From the NCBI GenBank assembly GCA_033578305.1, contig JAVQXK010000001.1, positions 1 through 42,630 on the forward strand: a stretch of 42,630 nt of DNA, given 5' to 3'. The translations under genes were made by a program, and so were the position numbers. The DNA comes from Bacteroidia bacterium (GTDB lineage Bacteria; Bacteroidota; Bacteroidia; JANWVE01). A model generated the notes under the pieces. It did no database searches, was not told where the DNA came from, and was given only the letters and a program-made list of their open reading frames with translations. Each line of letters begins with the position of its first letter. Within the stretch, counting starts at the first letter, position 1. Positions 18,280-26,763 of the stretch are shown here, piece by piece.

Positions 18280-20073
18280 ATGAAACAGCAGCCTACCACT
18301 GTAGTAAAAAAAGAAAAACCGGTACTCGGTTTTTGGCAGATTTGGAACATGAACTTCGGCTTTTTGGGCATACAATTTGGCTTTGCACTTCAAAACGCTA
18401 ATGTAAGCCGTATCTTTGAAACCTTAGGAGCAAATATCGATGAAATAGCTATTCTTTGGATTGCCGCGCCTACCACGGGGCTACTCATTCAACCTATTAT
18501 TGGTTATTATAGTGACCGCACTTGGAGTAATACTTTCGGCAGGCGCAAACCTTACTTCCTAATTGGAGCGATTTTAGCCTCTATTGCTTTGTTTGTTATG
18601 CCTCATTCCAGTGTTTTGTGGTTTGCCGCAGGTATGCTTTGGATTTTAGATGCTTCTATCAATATCTCTATGGAGCCGTTTAGAGCTTTGATAGGTGATA
18701 TGATGTCTGAAAAGCAACGCACTATTGGTTTTGCTATGCAAACTTTTTTTATTGGTGTAGGTGCAGTAGTTGCTTCTATGTTACCTTATATCATGACTAA
18801 TTTAATTGGCCTAGAAAGTACAGCTCCCAAGGGCAAAATTCCTGCTACTGTGGTTTGGTCATTTTATATCGGTGGTCTTGTTTTTTTCTTATCTGTTTTA
18901 TGGTCTGTCATTAAAACCAAAGAATATTCTCCCGAAGAGTTAGCCGCTTATAATGGAGAACAGCATGAACATACCAAAGGAAGTGTATTTCAAATCTTTA
19001 CGGATATTACTCGCGACATTTTCACCATGCCTAAAACGATGGCTCAATTAGCCTTCGTGCAATTTTTCACTTGGTTAGCGTTATTTGCTATGTGGATTTA
19101 TACCACCTCTGCCGTAACCAGCCATATTTACGACATGAGAATGTCTTATACTAATTTTGAGAAATTATATGTTCTAATAAATGAAACCTCTGCTAATATC
19201 AAGGATAAAAAAGCTGCTGCTGAATATGACCAAATAAAAGAAAGCCTATCTCAATTACAACTCAAATACCAAGGTGATTACGAACCTGCCATGCCCTTAA
19301 ATACTATCAATTTGCTTTTAGACAATAAAATTTTAAGCGAAAATCAATTAGTCAATCTTTTTGCTGATGTTATAGAAAAAGAAAAAGTATTTAATCTCAG
19401 AACCCAAAAAATTCGCAAGGAATTAGCCAAAGCCCAAAACCAACTTAAAGAAAATCCCTCAAAACAAATTGATTTAAGCTATGAAACTTTTAGCTATTTT
19501 ACTGCTGCTGATAGGCAACAAAAATTAGGACTTGATGCCAAGACCTTAGAAAAGGTGCTTATTGTCTCTGAGCTCAAAGCTATGCGTAAGCAATATAACG
19601 ATGGTGCAGACTGGGTAGGGGTAATGTTTGCTATCTATAACGGCTTCTCTGCTATTTTTGCGTTGCTTTTCCCACCTTTTGCACGTGCCACTAGCCGTAA
19701 GACGGCTCATAAAGTAGGGCTTACTGTAGGGGGGGTGGGGCTAATTTCTATCTACTTTATGCCTAACCCTGACGCTCTATTGCTTTCTATGGTTGCCGTA
19801 GGTTTTGCTTGGGCAAGTATTCTTACCATGCCGTATGCTATCCTTGCAGGTTCGCTTCCTGCTAATAAAATGGGAATTTATATGGGGATTTTTAACTTTT
19901 TTATTGTACTGCCTCAAATTGTAGCTTCGGGAATTTTAGGTTTTATTACTGAGTATTTCTTTGATAATCAAGCTGTTTACACGCTTGTTTTTGGGGGCAT
20001 ATGTATGATTGTTGCCGCTTTGTTAGTATTTTTAGTAGATGATGAGGAAAAAAAGGAAATAGCTAACAGCTAA
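18280..20073 (+). CDS. MFS transporter of the SLC45/sucrose-transporter-like (GPH-related) type, with a roughly 155-aa insertion between TM7 and TM8
   Basis: Start taken at MKQQPTT (ATG 18280); the ORF track opens upstream at 18172. The TM2-TM3 region YYSDRTWSNTFGRRKPYFLIG matches the sucrose-transporter R-x-G-R-R-x-P-F signature. A long hydrophilic, coiled-coil-like segment (MRMSYTNFEKLY...KQYNDGADW) interrupts the 12-TM core. TTTGCACC promoter-like box at 18238-18245. Confidence 0.75.
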   Translation: MKQQPTTVVKKEKPVLGFWQIWNMNFGFLGIQFGFALQNANVSRIFETLGANIDEIAILWIAAPTTGLLIQPIIGYYSDRTWSNTFGRRKPYFLIGAILASIALFVMPHSSVLWFAAGMLWILDASINISMEPFRALIGDMMSEKQRTIGFAMQTFFIGVGAVVASMLPYIMTNLIGLESTAPKGKIPATVVWSFYIGGLVFFLSVLWSVIKTKEYSPEELAAYNGEQHEHTKGSVFQIFTDITRDIFTMPKTMAQLAFVQFFTWLALFAMWIYTTSAVTSHIYDMRMSYTNFEKLYVLINETSANIKDKKAAAEYDQIKESLSQLQLKYQGDYEPAMPLNTINLLLDNKILSENQLVNLFADVIEKEKVFNLRTQKIRKELAKAQNQLKENPSKQIDLSYETFSYFTAADRQQKLGLDAKTLEKVLIVSELKAMRKQYNDGADWVGVMFAIYNGFSAIFALLFPPFARATSRKTAHKVGLTVGGVGLISIYFMPNPDALLLSMVAVGFAWASILTMPYAILAGSLPANKMGIYMGIFNFFIVLPQIVASGILGFITEYFFDNQAVYTLVFGGICMIVAALLVFLVDDEEKKEIANS

Positions 20074-20335
20074 ACTAATTTGCAGATACTACATTTGTTC
20101 AAATCATATTAAAAATAACTGATTGTTTTTTTGAGCCTTCCTTTTGCCTTTCTCACCCTTGGCTCAAAAGGCAAAAGAAGGCTTTACAGAGCTCCACTCA
20201 GTTTGGTGCTTTCGTAACGAGCCTTTGAAGGTTTATTTTCTAAATGCTCAATCATATTTAGAAATTTTCTCAATTCTAAAATTTTTGAGCATCTTTTATT
20301 TTTTGTTTTGTCTTTATTTTCACAACTCGGTAAGC

Positions 20336-21514
20336 TTAAAGACTCGCCATCATTTCAGGTTCTAACCATGATTTATAATACTTGCCATCATCAATCTTTA
20401 AGGCTTCTTGTGTAATTTTGAGTGGCCTAAAAGTATCAATCATTACGGCTAACTCATCTGTACGTGTTTTACCAATACTTCGTTCCATAGCTCCTGGGTG
20501 AGGACCGTGGGGAATGCCTCCGGGGTGCAAAGTAAATTGCCCTTGGGAGATATCATTTCGGCTCATAAAATCACCATCTACATAATATAACACTTCGTCG
20601 GAGTCTATATTGCTATGATTGTAAGGTGCAGGAATAGAAAGTGGGTGATAATCGTAAAGCCTTGGGCAGAAAGAGCATACTACAAAATTGTGTGCCTCAA
20701 AAGTTTGGTGAACGGGGGGAGGTTGGTGAATACGTCCTGTAATAGGTTCAAAATTATGAATAGAAAAGCCATAAGGGAAGTTGTATCCGTCCCAACCGAC
20801 TATATCAAAAGGGTGAGAGGCATAGATTAAGGTATGGAGTACCCCTTGTTTGCGAATTTTTATTACAAACTCTCCTATTTCATCGTGAGTTTCTAAATTT
20901 TGAGGTAGTTTATAATCCCGTTCACAAAAAGGGGCGTGTTCTAGCATTTGCCCAAAAGCGTTACGATATTTTTTGGGTGTATAAATAGGACTAAATGATT
21001 CTAAAAATAATAAGCGGTTGTCAGTAGTATTAAAGTGAATTTGGTAGATAACACCTCTTGGAATAATTAGATAGTCGCCATATTCAAAAGGGATAGTGCC
21101 TAACATGGTTCTCAATTCTCCTGAACCTTTATGAATGAATAGCAACTCGTCGGCATCGGCATTTTTGTAAAAGTAGTCTGTAACAGAATAGCGTGGGGCG
21201 GCTACACCTATGTATACATCATTGTTTACTAATAAGTAGGTACGGCTTTCCAAAAAATCATCTTTGGGTGGGATATCGAAGCCTTTCAGGCGCATAGGTT
21301 TTAGATTTTTTTCTATGGCAATTTTGGGTGCTGTATCTTGGGCCTCACCAAAGGCTCGTATCATAGTGGGGCGATGTATGTGGTAGAGCAAAGAAGACAT
21401 ACCTGAAAAGCCTTCAGTACCAAATAACTGCTCGTAATAAAATGTGCCATCAGGTTTTTTGAACTGAATGTGCCTTTTGGCAGGGATTTGTCCTAATTTA
21501 TGATAGATAGGCAT
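20336..21514 (-). CDS. hmgA: Homogentisate 1,2-dioxygenase
   Basis: 392 aa with the length and motifs of HGD (PIYHKLGQIP..., HNFEPITG..., ...HGPHPG). Confidence 0.85.
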   Translation of the reverse strand: MPIYHKLGQIPAKRHIQFKKPDGTFYYEQLFGTEGFSGMSSLLYHIHRPTMIRAFGEAQDTAPKIAIEKNLKPMRLKGFDIPPKDDFLESRTYLLVNNDVYIGVAAPRYSVTDYFYKNADADELLFIHKGSGELRTMLGTIPFEYGDYLIIPRGVIYQIHFNTTDNRLLFLESFSPIYTPKKYRNAFGQMLEHAPFCERDYKLPQNLETHDEIGEFVIKIRKQGVLHTLIYASHPFDIVGWDGYNFPYGFSIHNFEPITGRIHQPPPVHQTFEAHNFVVCSFCPRLYDYHPLSIPAPYNHSNIDSDEVLYYVDGDFMSRNDISQGQFTLHPGGIPHGPHPGAMERSIGKTRTDELAVMIDTFRPLKITQEALKIDDGKYYKSWLEPEMMASL

Positions 21515-21727
21515 ATAAAATCAATGGTTTGAGTGTTAATGAAGTATAAATATGCAAAAAGATGTTGTAAAAATACAAAAAATATTTTGCTTACAAAACA
21601 GGTTATTTAGCTTACCTTTTCATTTATTAGAATTATTTTTTAGTTTTTGTAAACTATTCAAAAAAATAACTAATTTTAAGCGCGTTAAAATCTATCTACT
21701 CACTACAAACTGCAATCTCCATTTCCT

Positions 21728-23728
21728 ATGAAAGATACGGCAACACAAAAAGTTATTCCTTATAGCTTATTCTCTGACTTTGACATTTATCTTTTTAGAG
21801 AAGGAAAGCACTATCGTTTATACGAAAAGTTAGGTTCACATCTGATAGAACTCAATGGAGTTAAAGGTTGTTATTTTGCCGTTTGGGCGCCGAATGCTAA
21901 TCGCGTAAGTGTAATTGGAGATTTTAACTATTGGAACGGAGAAGAGCATCAGCTTTATCCACGTTTAGATAGTTCAGGTATTTGGGAGGGGTTTATTCCT
22001 CACATTAAAAAAGGAATGATATATAAATACAAAATTTATTCTAACTATTGGGGGCAGGTCTTAGAAAAAGGAGATCCATTTGCCCTTGCTTGGGAAATAC
22101 CTCCGCGTACTGCCTCAGTAGTATGGGATTTAGAATATACATGGAACGATGGTGAGTGGATGCAAAATAGACACCAATATAATACCTTGAATTGCCCTTT
22201 TTCAGTATATGAAGTTCACATAGGTTCTTGGAAACGCAAATATGCCCAAGGAAGTAATGACTCGTTAAGTTACCGTGAATTAGCCGAGGAGTTAGTAAAT
22301 TATGTAGCAGAAATGGGCTATACGCACGTAGAATTTATGCCTGTAATGGAGCACCCGTTCTTTGGCTCATGGGGTTATCAATGTACAGGCTATTATGCAC
22401 CTTCCTCGCGCTATGGTACACCTCAAGACTTTATGTATTTGATAGATAAATTCCACGAAAAAAACATTGGTGTGTTATTAGATTGGGTTCCTTCACATTT
22501 CCCAAGTGATCCACACGGATTAGCTAACTTTGATGGTACAGCCCTCTACGAGCATGCAGACCCGCGCAAAGGTTATCACCCTGACTGGAATAGCTTTATT
22601 TTTAATTATGGTAGAAATGAAGTACGTGCTTTCTTGATTAGTAATGCTATTTTTTGGTTGGACAAGTACCATGCCGATGGCTTGCGTGTAGATGCCGTAG
22701 CCTCTATGCTTTATTTAGACTATTCGCGAAAAGCAGGTGAATGGATACCCAACATTTATGGCGGTAGAGAAAACTTAGAGGCAATTAGTTTCTTGCAAGC
22801 TATGAACGAACAAGTTTATACTGCTTTTCCAACAGCCATGACCATTGCTGAGGAATCCACAGCGTGGGGAGGTGTTTCGCGCCCTGTTTACATGAACGGA
22901 TTAGGCTTTGGCATGAAATGGATGATGGGCTGGATGCATGATACGTTGCTTTATTTCAGCAAAAATCCATTATACAGGCAATACCACCAAAATACTATTA
23001 CCTTCAGCCTTACTTATGCTTTTTCTGAAAACTTTATGCTTCCTCTTTCGCATGATGAGGTAGTACACGGTAAAGGCTCACTTTTAAGCCGTATGCCTGG
23101 AGATGAGTGGCAACGCTTCGCTAATTTACGTTTACTCTATGGTTATATGTTTACGCATCCAGGTACAAAACTTCTCTTCATGGGAGCAGAAATAGCTCAG
23201 CCTAATGAATGGAAACATGATTATAGTGTAGAATGGCATTTTCTGCAATACCTGCCTCATCAAGGCGTACAAAAACTTGTCAAAGACCTAAACATACTTT
23301 ACAAGAAAGAAAAATCACTCTACGAGAAAGCCTTCAGCCCCGATGGCTTTGAATGGATTGATTTCCAAGATGCACGTAATTCCGTTATTTCCTACATACG
23401 CAAAGCAGAAGATGCCAAAGATTATGTAATCGTGGTATGTAACTTCACCCCCGTGGTAAGACTTAACTATCGTATTGGTGTTCCTGAGAATACCACATAT
23501 GTAGAAATCTTTAACACCGACGACAAGAGCTACTGGGGAAGCGGCGTAAGAAATGAAGGTGAAATCAAATCCGAGAATATTATTTCACATGGAAGACATT
23601 TTTCAGTTTCACTTACCTTACCTCCTTTAGCAATGATGATGCTTAAAAAGAAAGCTGAACCACAAGCACAAACTGAACCTATTACCCAAAAGACAGAAAA
23701 TAATGAAGAGATAACACAAAATACATGA
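21728..23728 (+). CDS. glgB: 1,4-alpha-glucan branching enzyme
   Basis: 666 aa. GH13 branching-enzyme motifs: [58 protein letters not shown]. Confidence 0.9.
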   Translation: MKDTATQKVIPYSLFSDFDIYLFREGKHYRLYEKLGSHLIELNGVKGCYFAVWAPNANRVSVIGDFNYWNGEEHQLYPRLDSSGIWEGFIPHIKKGMIYKYKIYSNYWGQVLEKGDPFALAWEIPPRTASVVWDLEYTWNDGEWMQNRHQYNTLNCPFSVYEVHIGSWKRKYAQGSNDSLSYRELAEELVNYVAEMGYTHVEFMPVMEHPFFGSWGYQCTGYYAPSSRYGTPQDFMYLIDKFHEKNIGVLLDWVPSHFPSDPHGLANFDGTALYEHADPRKGYHPDWNSFIFNYGRNEVRAFLISNAIFWLDKYHADGLRVDAVASMLYLDYSRKAGEWIPNIYGGRENLEAISFLQAMNEQVYTAFPTAMTIAEESTAWGGVSRPVYMNGLGFGMKWMMGWMHDTLLYFSKNPLYRQYHQNTITFSLTYAFSENFMLPLSHDEVVHGKGSLLSRMPGDEWQRFANLRLLYGYMFTHPGTKLLFMGAEIAQPNEWKHDYSVEWHFLQYLPHQGVQKLVKDLNILYKKEKSLYEKAFSPDGFEWIDFQDARNSVISYIRKAEDAKDYVIVVCNFTPVVRLNYRIGVPENTTYVEIFNTDDKSYWGSGVRNEGEIKSENIISHGRHFSVSLTLPPLAMMMLKKKAEPQAQTEPITQKTENNEEITQNT

Positions 23729-24100
23729 TGCGAAAAAGACTAAATATACCGAAAGTTAGGAACTAAGAGCTTATCACCAAAACAAAACTTAAATGTACTT
23801 ATGAAAAAATAATGCTTTTTATAAGCAAATGTATGCACCATTGAAGTTAAAAGAGGTACCAGAGAAAGGTATAAGGCAGCATTTTTTAGAAATTGTAGGA
23901 TAGAGAAAGCAAAGAGGAACATATGCAGTACGAAAGGAGTTGGAGAGCAATCATTAACAAAGCAGAAGAAAGCTCGCAACAAGAGCAAGGAAGGACGGCA
24001 AAAAGGATTATAGCAAAAGACTTGATTTAAAAATCAGAATAAGTTTAGAAGTAACTGAAATTCTTAGATGAACTTAAAAGGTAAAATAACAAATATCTTT

Positions 24101-24424
24101 TTACCATTTCAGGTTGCTAAGCAAGCTCGTATCCACACTGCGTAAGTTGCGGTAAATCATTACGACTATAGCTAAACCTACAGCTACCTCAGCTGCAGCA
24201 ACTGCCATAATGAAAAACACAAAAACCTGTCCCGCTGGATCTGAACGATAAGCTGAAAAAGCTACAAATAGCATGTTTACAGCATTAAGCATTATCTCTA
24301 CGCACATAAAAATAATTAGTGCATTACGACGGATAAGTACACCTATTACACCAATTATGAATAATGCAACTGCAAAAAAGATGTAATAATGTAATGGAAC
24401 AAGCTTAATAACCTCGGGAACCAT
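24101..24424 (-). CDS. nuoK: NADH-quinone oxidoreductase subunit K
   Basis: 107 aa, three TM helices, with the NuoK/ND4L pattern ([28 protein letters not shown]). Confidence 0.85.
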   Translation of the reverse strand: MVPEVIKLVPLHYYIFFAVALFIIGVIGVLIRRNALIIFMCVEIMLNAVNMLFVAFSAYRSDPAGQVFVFFIMAVAAAEVAVGLAIVVMIYRNLRSVDTSLLSNLKW

Positions 24425-24459
24425 AAAAATAATAGTTGTTTGAGTGATTAGAAAATAAG

Positions 24460-24972
24460 CTAAAAATTTCTCTCGCCTACTTCGCGTTTACCAAGCATAA
24501 CCGCCCCTACCATAGCAGCTAAGAACAAGATAGAAGCCAACTCAAAGGGCAATAAATAATCCCGATAAAGTACTTTTCCTAATTTTTCTACTAACCCGAT
24601 TTCTGCATCAAAGTTAATATAATCTACAGGCATAAGTTCGACTTTGCGTAAAATAGCTATAAAAAGCGTAAGCAAAATTCCACCTGAAATAACAGCGGCA
24701 AATTTAAGATAAGCGGCTTTGGTTTTCTCAGGATTTTCTTTTAGATTCAAAAACATTATTACAAATAGAAAGAGCACCATAATTGCTCCTGCATATACAA
24801 TGATATTTACAATAGCCACGAATTGAGCATTAAGCAGAATGTAATGCCCTGTAAGGCAAAAGAAAGTAAGAATTAGATACAAAACGCTATGCACAGGGTT
24901 TTTAGAAATAATCACCATAGCGGCACTAAGTAAGGCTAAAAAACTTAAAAAGTAAAACAAATAAACTGACAT
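24460..24972 (-). CDS. nuoJ: NADH-quinone oxidoreductase subunit J
   Basis: NuoJ/ND6-like ([38 protein letters not shown]...). Start taken at MSVY (24972) rather than the ORF-track start 25011. Lies 35 bp upstream of nuoK. Confidence 0.85.
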   Translation of the reverse strand: MSVYLFYFLSFLALLSAAMVIISKNPVHSVLYLILTFFCLTGHYILLNAQFVAIVNIIVYAGAIMVLFLFVIMFLNLKENPEKTKAAYLKFAAVISGGILLTLFIAILRKVELMPVDYINFDAEIGLVEKLGKVLYRDYLLPFELASILFLAAMVGAVMLGKREVGERNF

Positions 24973-25052
24973 AAAGCCTTTATTCGGAAGTTTGAAGAAA
25001 TTTTTGCACAAAAGTAGTAAAAAAAATTACAATGCAAAAAACCGAGTAGCAT

Positions 25053-25078
25053 TTACAAAATAACGTACTATTTTGTAA
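25053..25078. promoter_or_regulatory. Perfect 10-bp inverted repeat with a 6-bp spacer (TTACAAAATA-ACGTAC-TATTTTGTAA), candidate operator
   Basis: Read directly from the sequence. Located in the divergent nuoJ/cheB intergenic region, 34 bp upstream of the cheB ATG. Confidence 0.5.
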
Positions 25079-25111
25079 TAGCTTTCTAAATTTAACCTAA
25101 CTTGCCTAGCA

Positions 25112-26164
25112 TTGATTGATTTTATGAAAAAAATAAAACTCCTTTTGGCTGACGATTCAGGTCTAATGCGGCTTATTGTCCAAGATATGCTTACCCAAGA
25201 ATCAGCCCTGGAAGTGATAGCTACTGCTGAAAATGGTTTGGAAGCTTTAGAGAAAACCCAAATCTTTGAGCCTGACGTAGTACTATTAGACCTTGTAATG
25301 AAAGATTATGACGGAATTTTTGCTACCAAAAAAATTATGCAACTATGCCCCACGCCAATTATTTTGCTTACTTCCTTAGAAAATGACCATGAAATGGTAT
25401 TTGATGCCCTCAATGCAGGAGCTTTTGATATAGTGAGCAAACCCAAAGGGGCATTTCATTCAAAGGTGAGAGAGATTAAAGAGGAATTATTACAAAAAAT
25501 TAAAATTGCCTTTGAAAACAAATCTAACCTAAAAACTATTAGCCCAGACACACTGCAAAACCAAAATCCGCATACGTTTAATACAAATCTTACCTACCAG
25601 ATTATAGTTATAGGGGCTTCTACAGGTGGTACGACTGCCATAGAACACATCCTGAAAAAGATGCCTCAAAATTTGCCTATTCCTATCGTAATTGTTCAGC
25701 ATATTCCTGCTGAATTTGGAAAATCCTTTGCTAAACGCTTAAACCAAGAAATGCCTTTTGAAGTAAAAATTGCTCAAGAAAATGAAAAATTACAAGCAGG
25801 TATAGTGTATATTGTACCTTCGGATTGTAATATGCAAATAAGCCAAAATGGGAAAAAAATCTACTTTTTTGAGAAAAATAATCAACTTTTTAAGGAATAC
25901 AACTTTCCTTCTATAGATAGTATGATGTTGAGCATAGCTAAAGTTTTTGGAAATAAAGCCATAGGCATCATTCTTACGGGTATGGGTAAAGATGGAGCTA
26001 TGGGCATGCAAGCTATTCACCGAGCAGGAGGGCTAACCATCGCCCAAAGCGAAAATACCTGTGTGGTATTTGGCATGCCAAAAGCTGCTATTGAACTGCA
26101 AGCCGTACAGTACATTCTTCCTCTTGATGAAATTAGCCAATTTGTAACCATGGCATTAGATTGA
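25112..26164 (+). CDS. cheB: Chemotaxis response regulator protein-glutamate methylesterase
   Basis: N-terminal receiver domain (LLADDSG...VVLLDLVM...SKPKG). C-terminal methylesterase with the GASTGG Ser, the QHIP His and the GMGKDG Asp. An alternative start lies at M 25124. Confidence 0.85.
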   Translation: MIDFMKKIKLLLADDSGLMRLIVQDMLTQESALEVIATAENGLEALEKTQIFEPDVVLLDLVMKDYDGIFATKKIMQLCPTPIILLTSLENDHEMVFDALNAGAFDIVSKPKGAFHSKVREIKEELLQKIKIAFENKSNLKTISPDTLQNQNPHTFNTNLTYQIIVIGASTGGTTAIEHILKKMPQNLPIPIVIVQHIPAEFGKSFAKRLNQEMPFEVKIAQENEKLQAGIVYIVPSDCNMQISQNGKKIYFFEKNNQLFKEYNFPSIDSMMLSIAKVFGNKAIGIILTGMGKDGAMGMQAIHRAGGLTIAQSENTCVVFGMPKAAIELQAVQYILPLDEISQFVTMALD

Positions 26165-26218
26165 AGCACAGAAGACAGAAATAAATCAAAATCTTGTTAA
26201 ATTTGTTTTTTTTTAGTT

Positions 26219-26755
26219 TCAAAATAACCAAATAAACAGCATTTCAATTGGAATAGAGGCAATGACAAAACGAGCTAACCATAGGTGCATTTTAGGATTT
26301 TCTTGGCAGTGCTGCTTTATGATGGCTAAAATTTGCTCATCAGTATGTGTACTTATTCGTGGTATATCTCCGTGAATTTTGAGGTTGAGTTCGTTAGCTA
26401 ATTCGGTAATTACACTAGCACTTAGAATATTGTCCAATTCCAACAAAAGAGACCGTGAAAGTTCATTTTGCTTTTCTTGTGAGTAGCTATTTCCTAAAAT
26501 GCGTTGGCAAATCAAATCAAATTCAGGTTGCCCAATAAGCCAAAAACTTATGCCTGTTTTTTCACCAACGATGTGGGTTTCAAAAATATAATAGGTATGG
26601 TAGCTTTGTTTTAGGCGTAAATCTTGGTATGTAATTTCCTCTAAATCAGTGAGCTCTACTTCGGCATGTAACATCATTGCTAACGACTTTCGGGCATTAG
26701 CAAAACCTTTTTTTATAGCATTTTCTATCTCTTGTAGTTCAGAAAATATGTGCAT
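26219..26755 (-). CDS. CheC/CheX-family-like protein (putative CheY-P phosphatase)
   Basis: 178 aa with two E/D-x-x-N motifs, each followed by a small-residue-rich stretch (EIENAIKKGFANARKSLAMML and ELDNILSASVITELANEL...P), as in CheC-type phosphatases. Its start is 8 bp downstream of the cheA stop. Confidence 0.45.
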   Translation of the reverse strand: MHIFSELQEIENAIKKGFANARKSLAMMLHAEVELTDLEEITYQDLRLKQSYHTYYIFETHIVGEKTGISFWLIGQPEFDLICQRILGNSYSQEKQNELSRSLLLELDNILSASVITELANELNLKIHGDIPRISTHTDEQILAIIKQHCQENPKMHLWLARFVIASIPIEMLFIWLF

Positions 26756-26763
26756 AAGGTTAT

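Noticed and set aside
18059-18401. Small ORFs (68-100 aa) in the HTH-protein/MFS divergent promoter region, plus the 18172 start of the MFS ORF
   Set aside because: They lie in A/T homopolymer-rich promoter DNA. The transporter homology begins at MKQQ (18280), immediately downstream of a TTTGCACC box, so the upstream extension is not coding.
20144-20365. 73-aa + strand ORF between the MFS and hmgA genes
   Set aside because: It spans the nested hairpin and overlaps the hmgA 3' end. The translation is low complexity with no recognisable motif.
23740-23988. 82-aa - strand ORF in the glgB/nuoK spacer
   Set aside because: It is hydrophobic and low complexity with no recognisable motif and no obvious start context. 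I kept it only as part of the purine-rich spacer observation.
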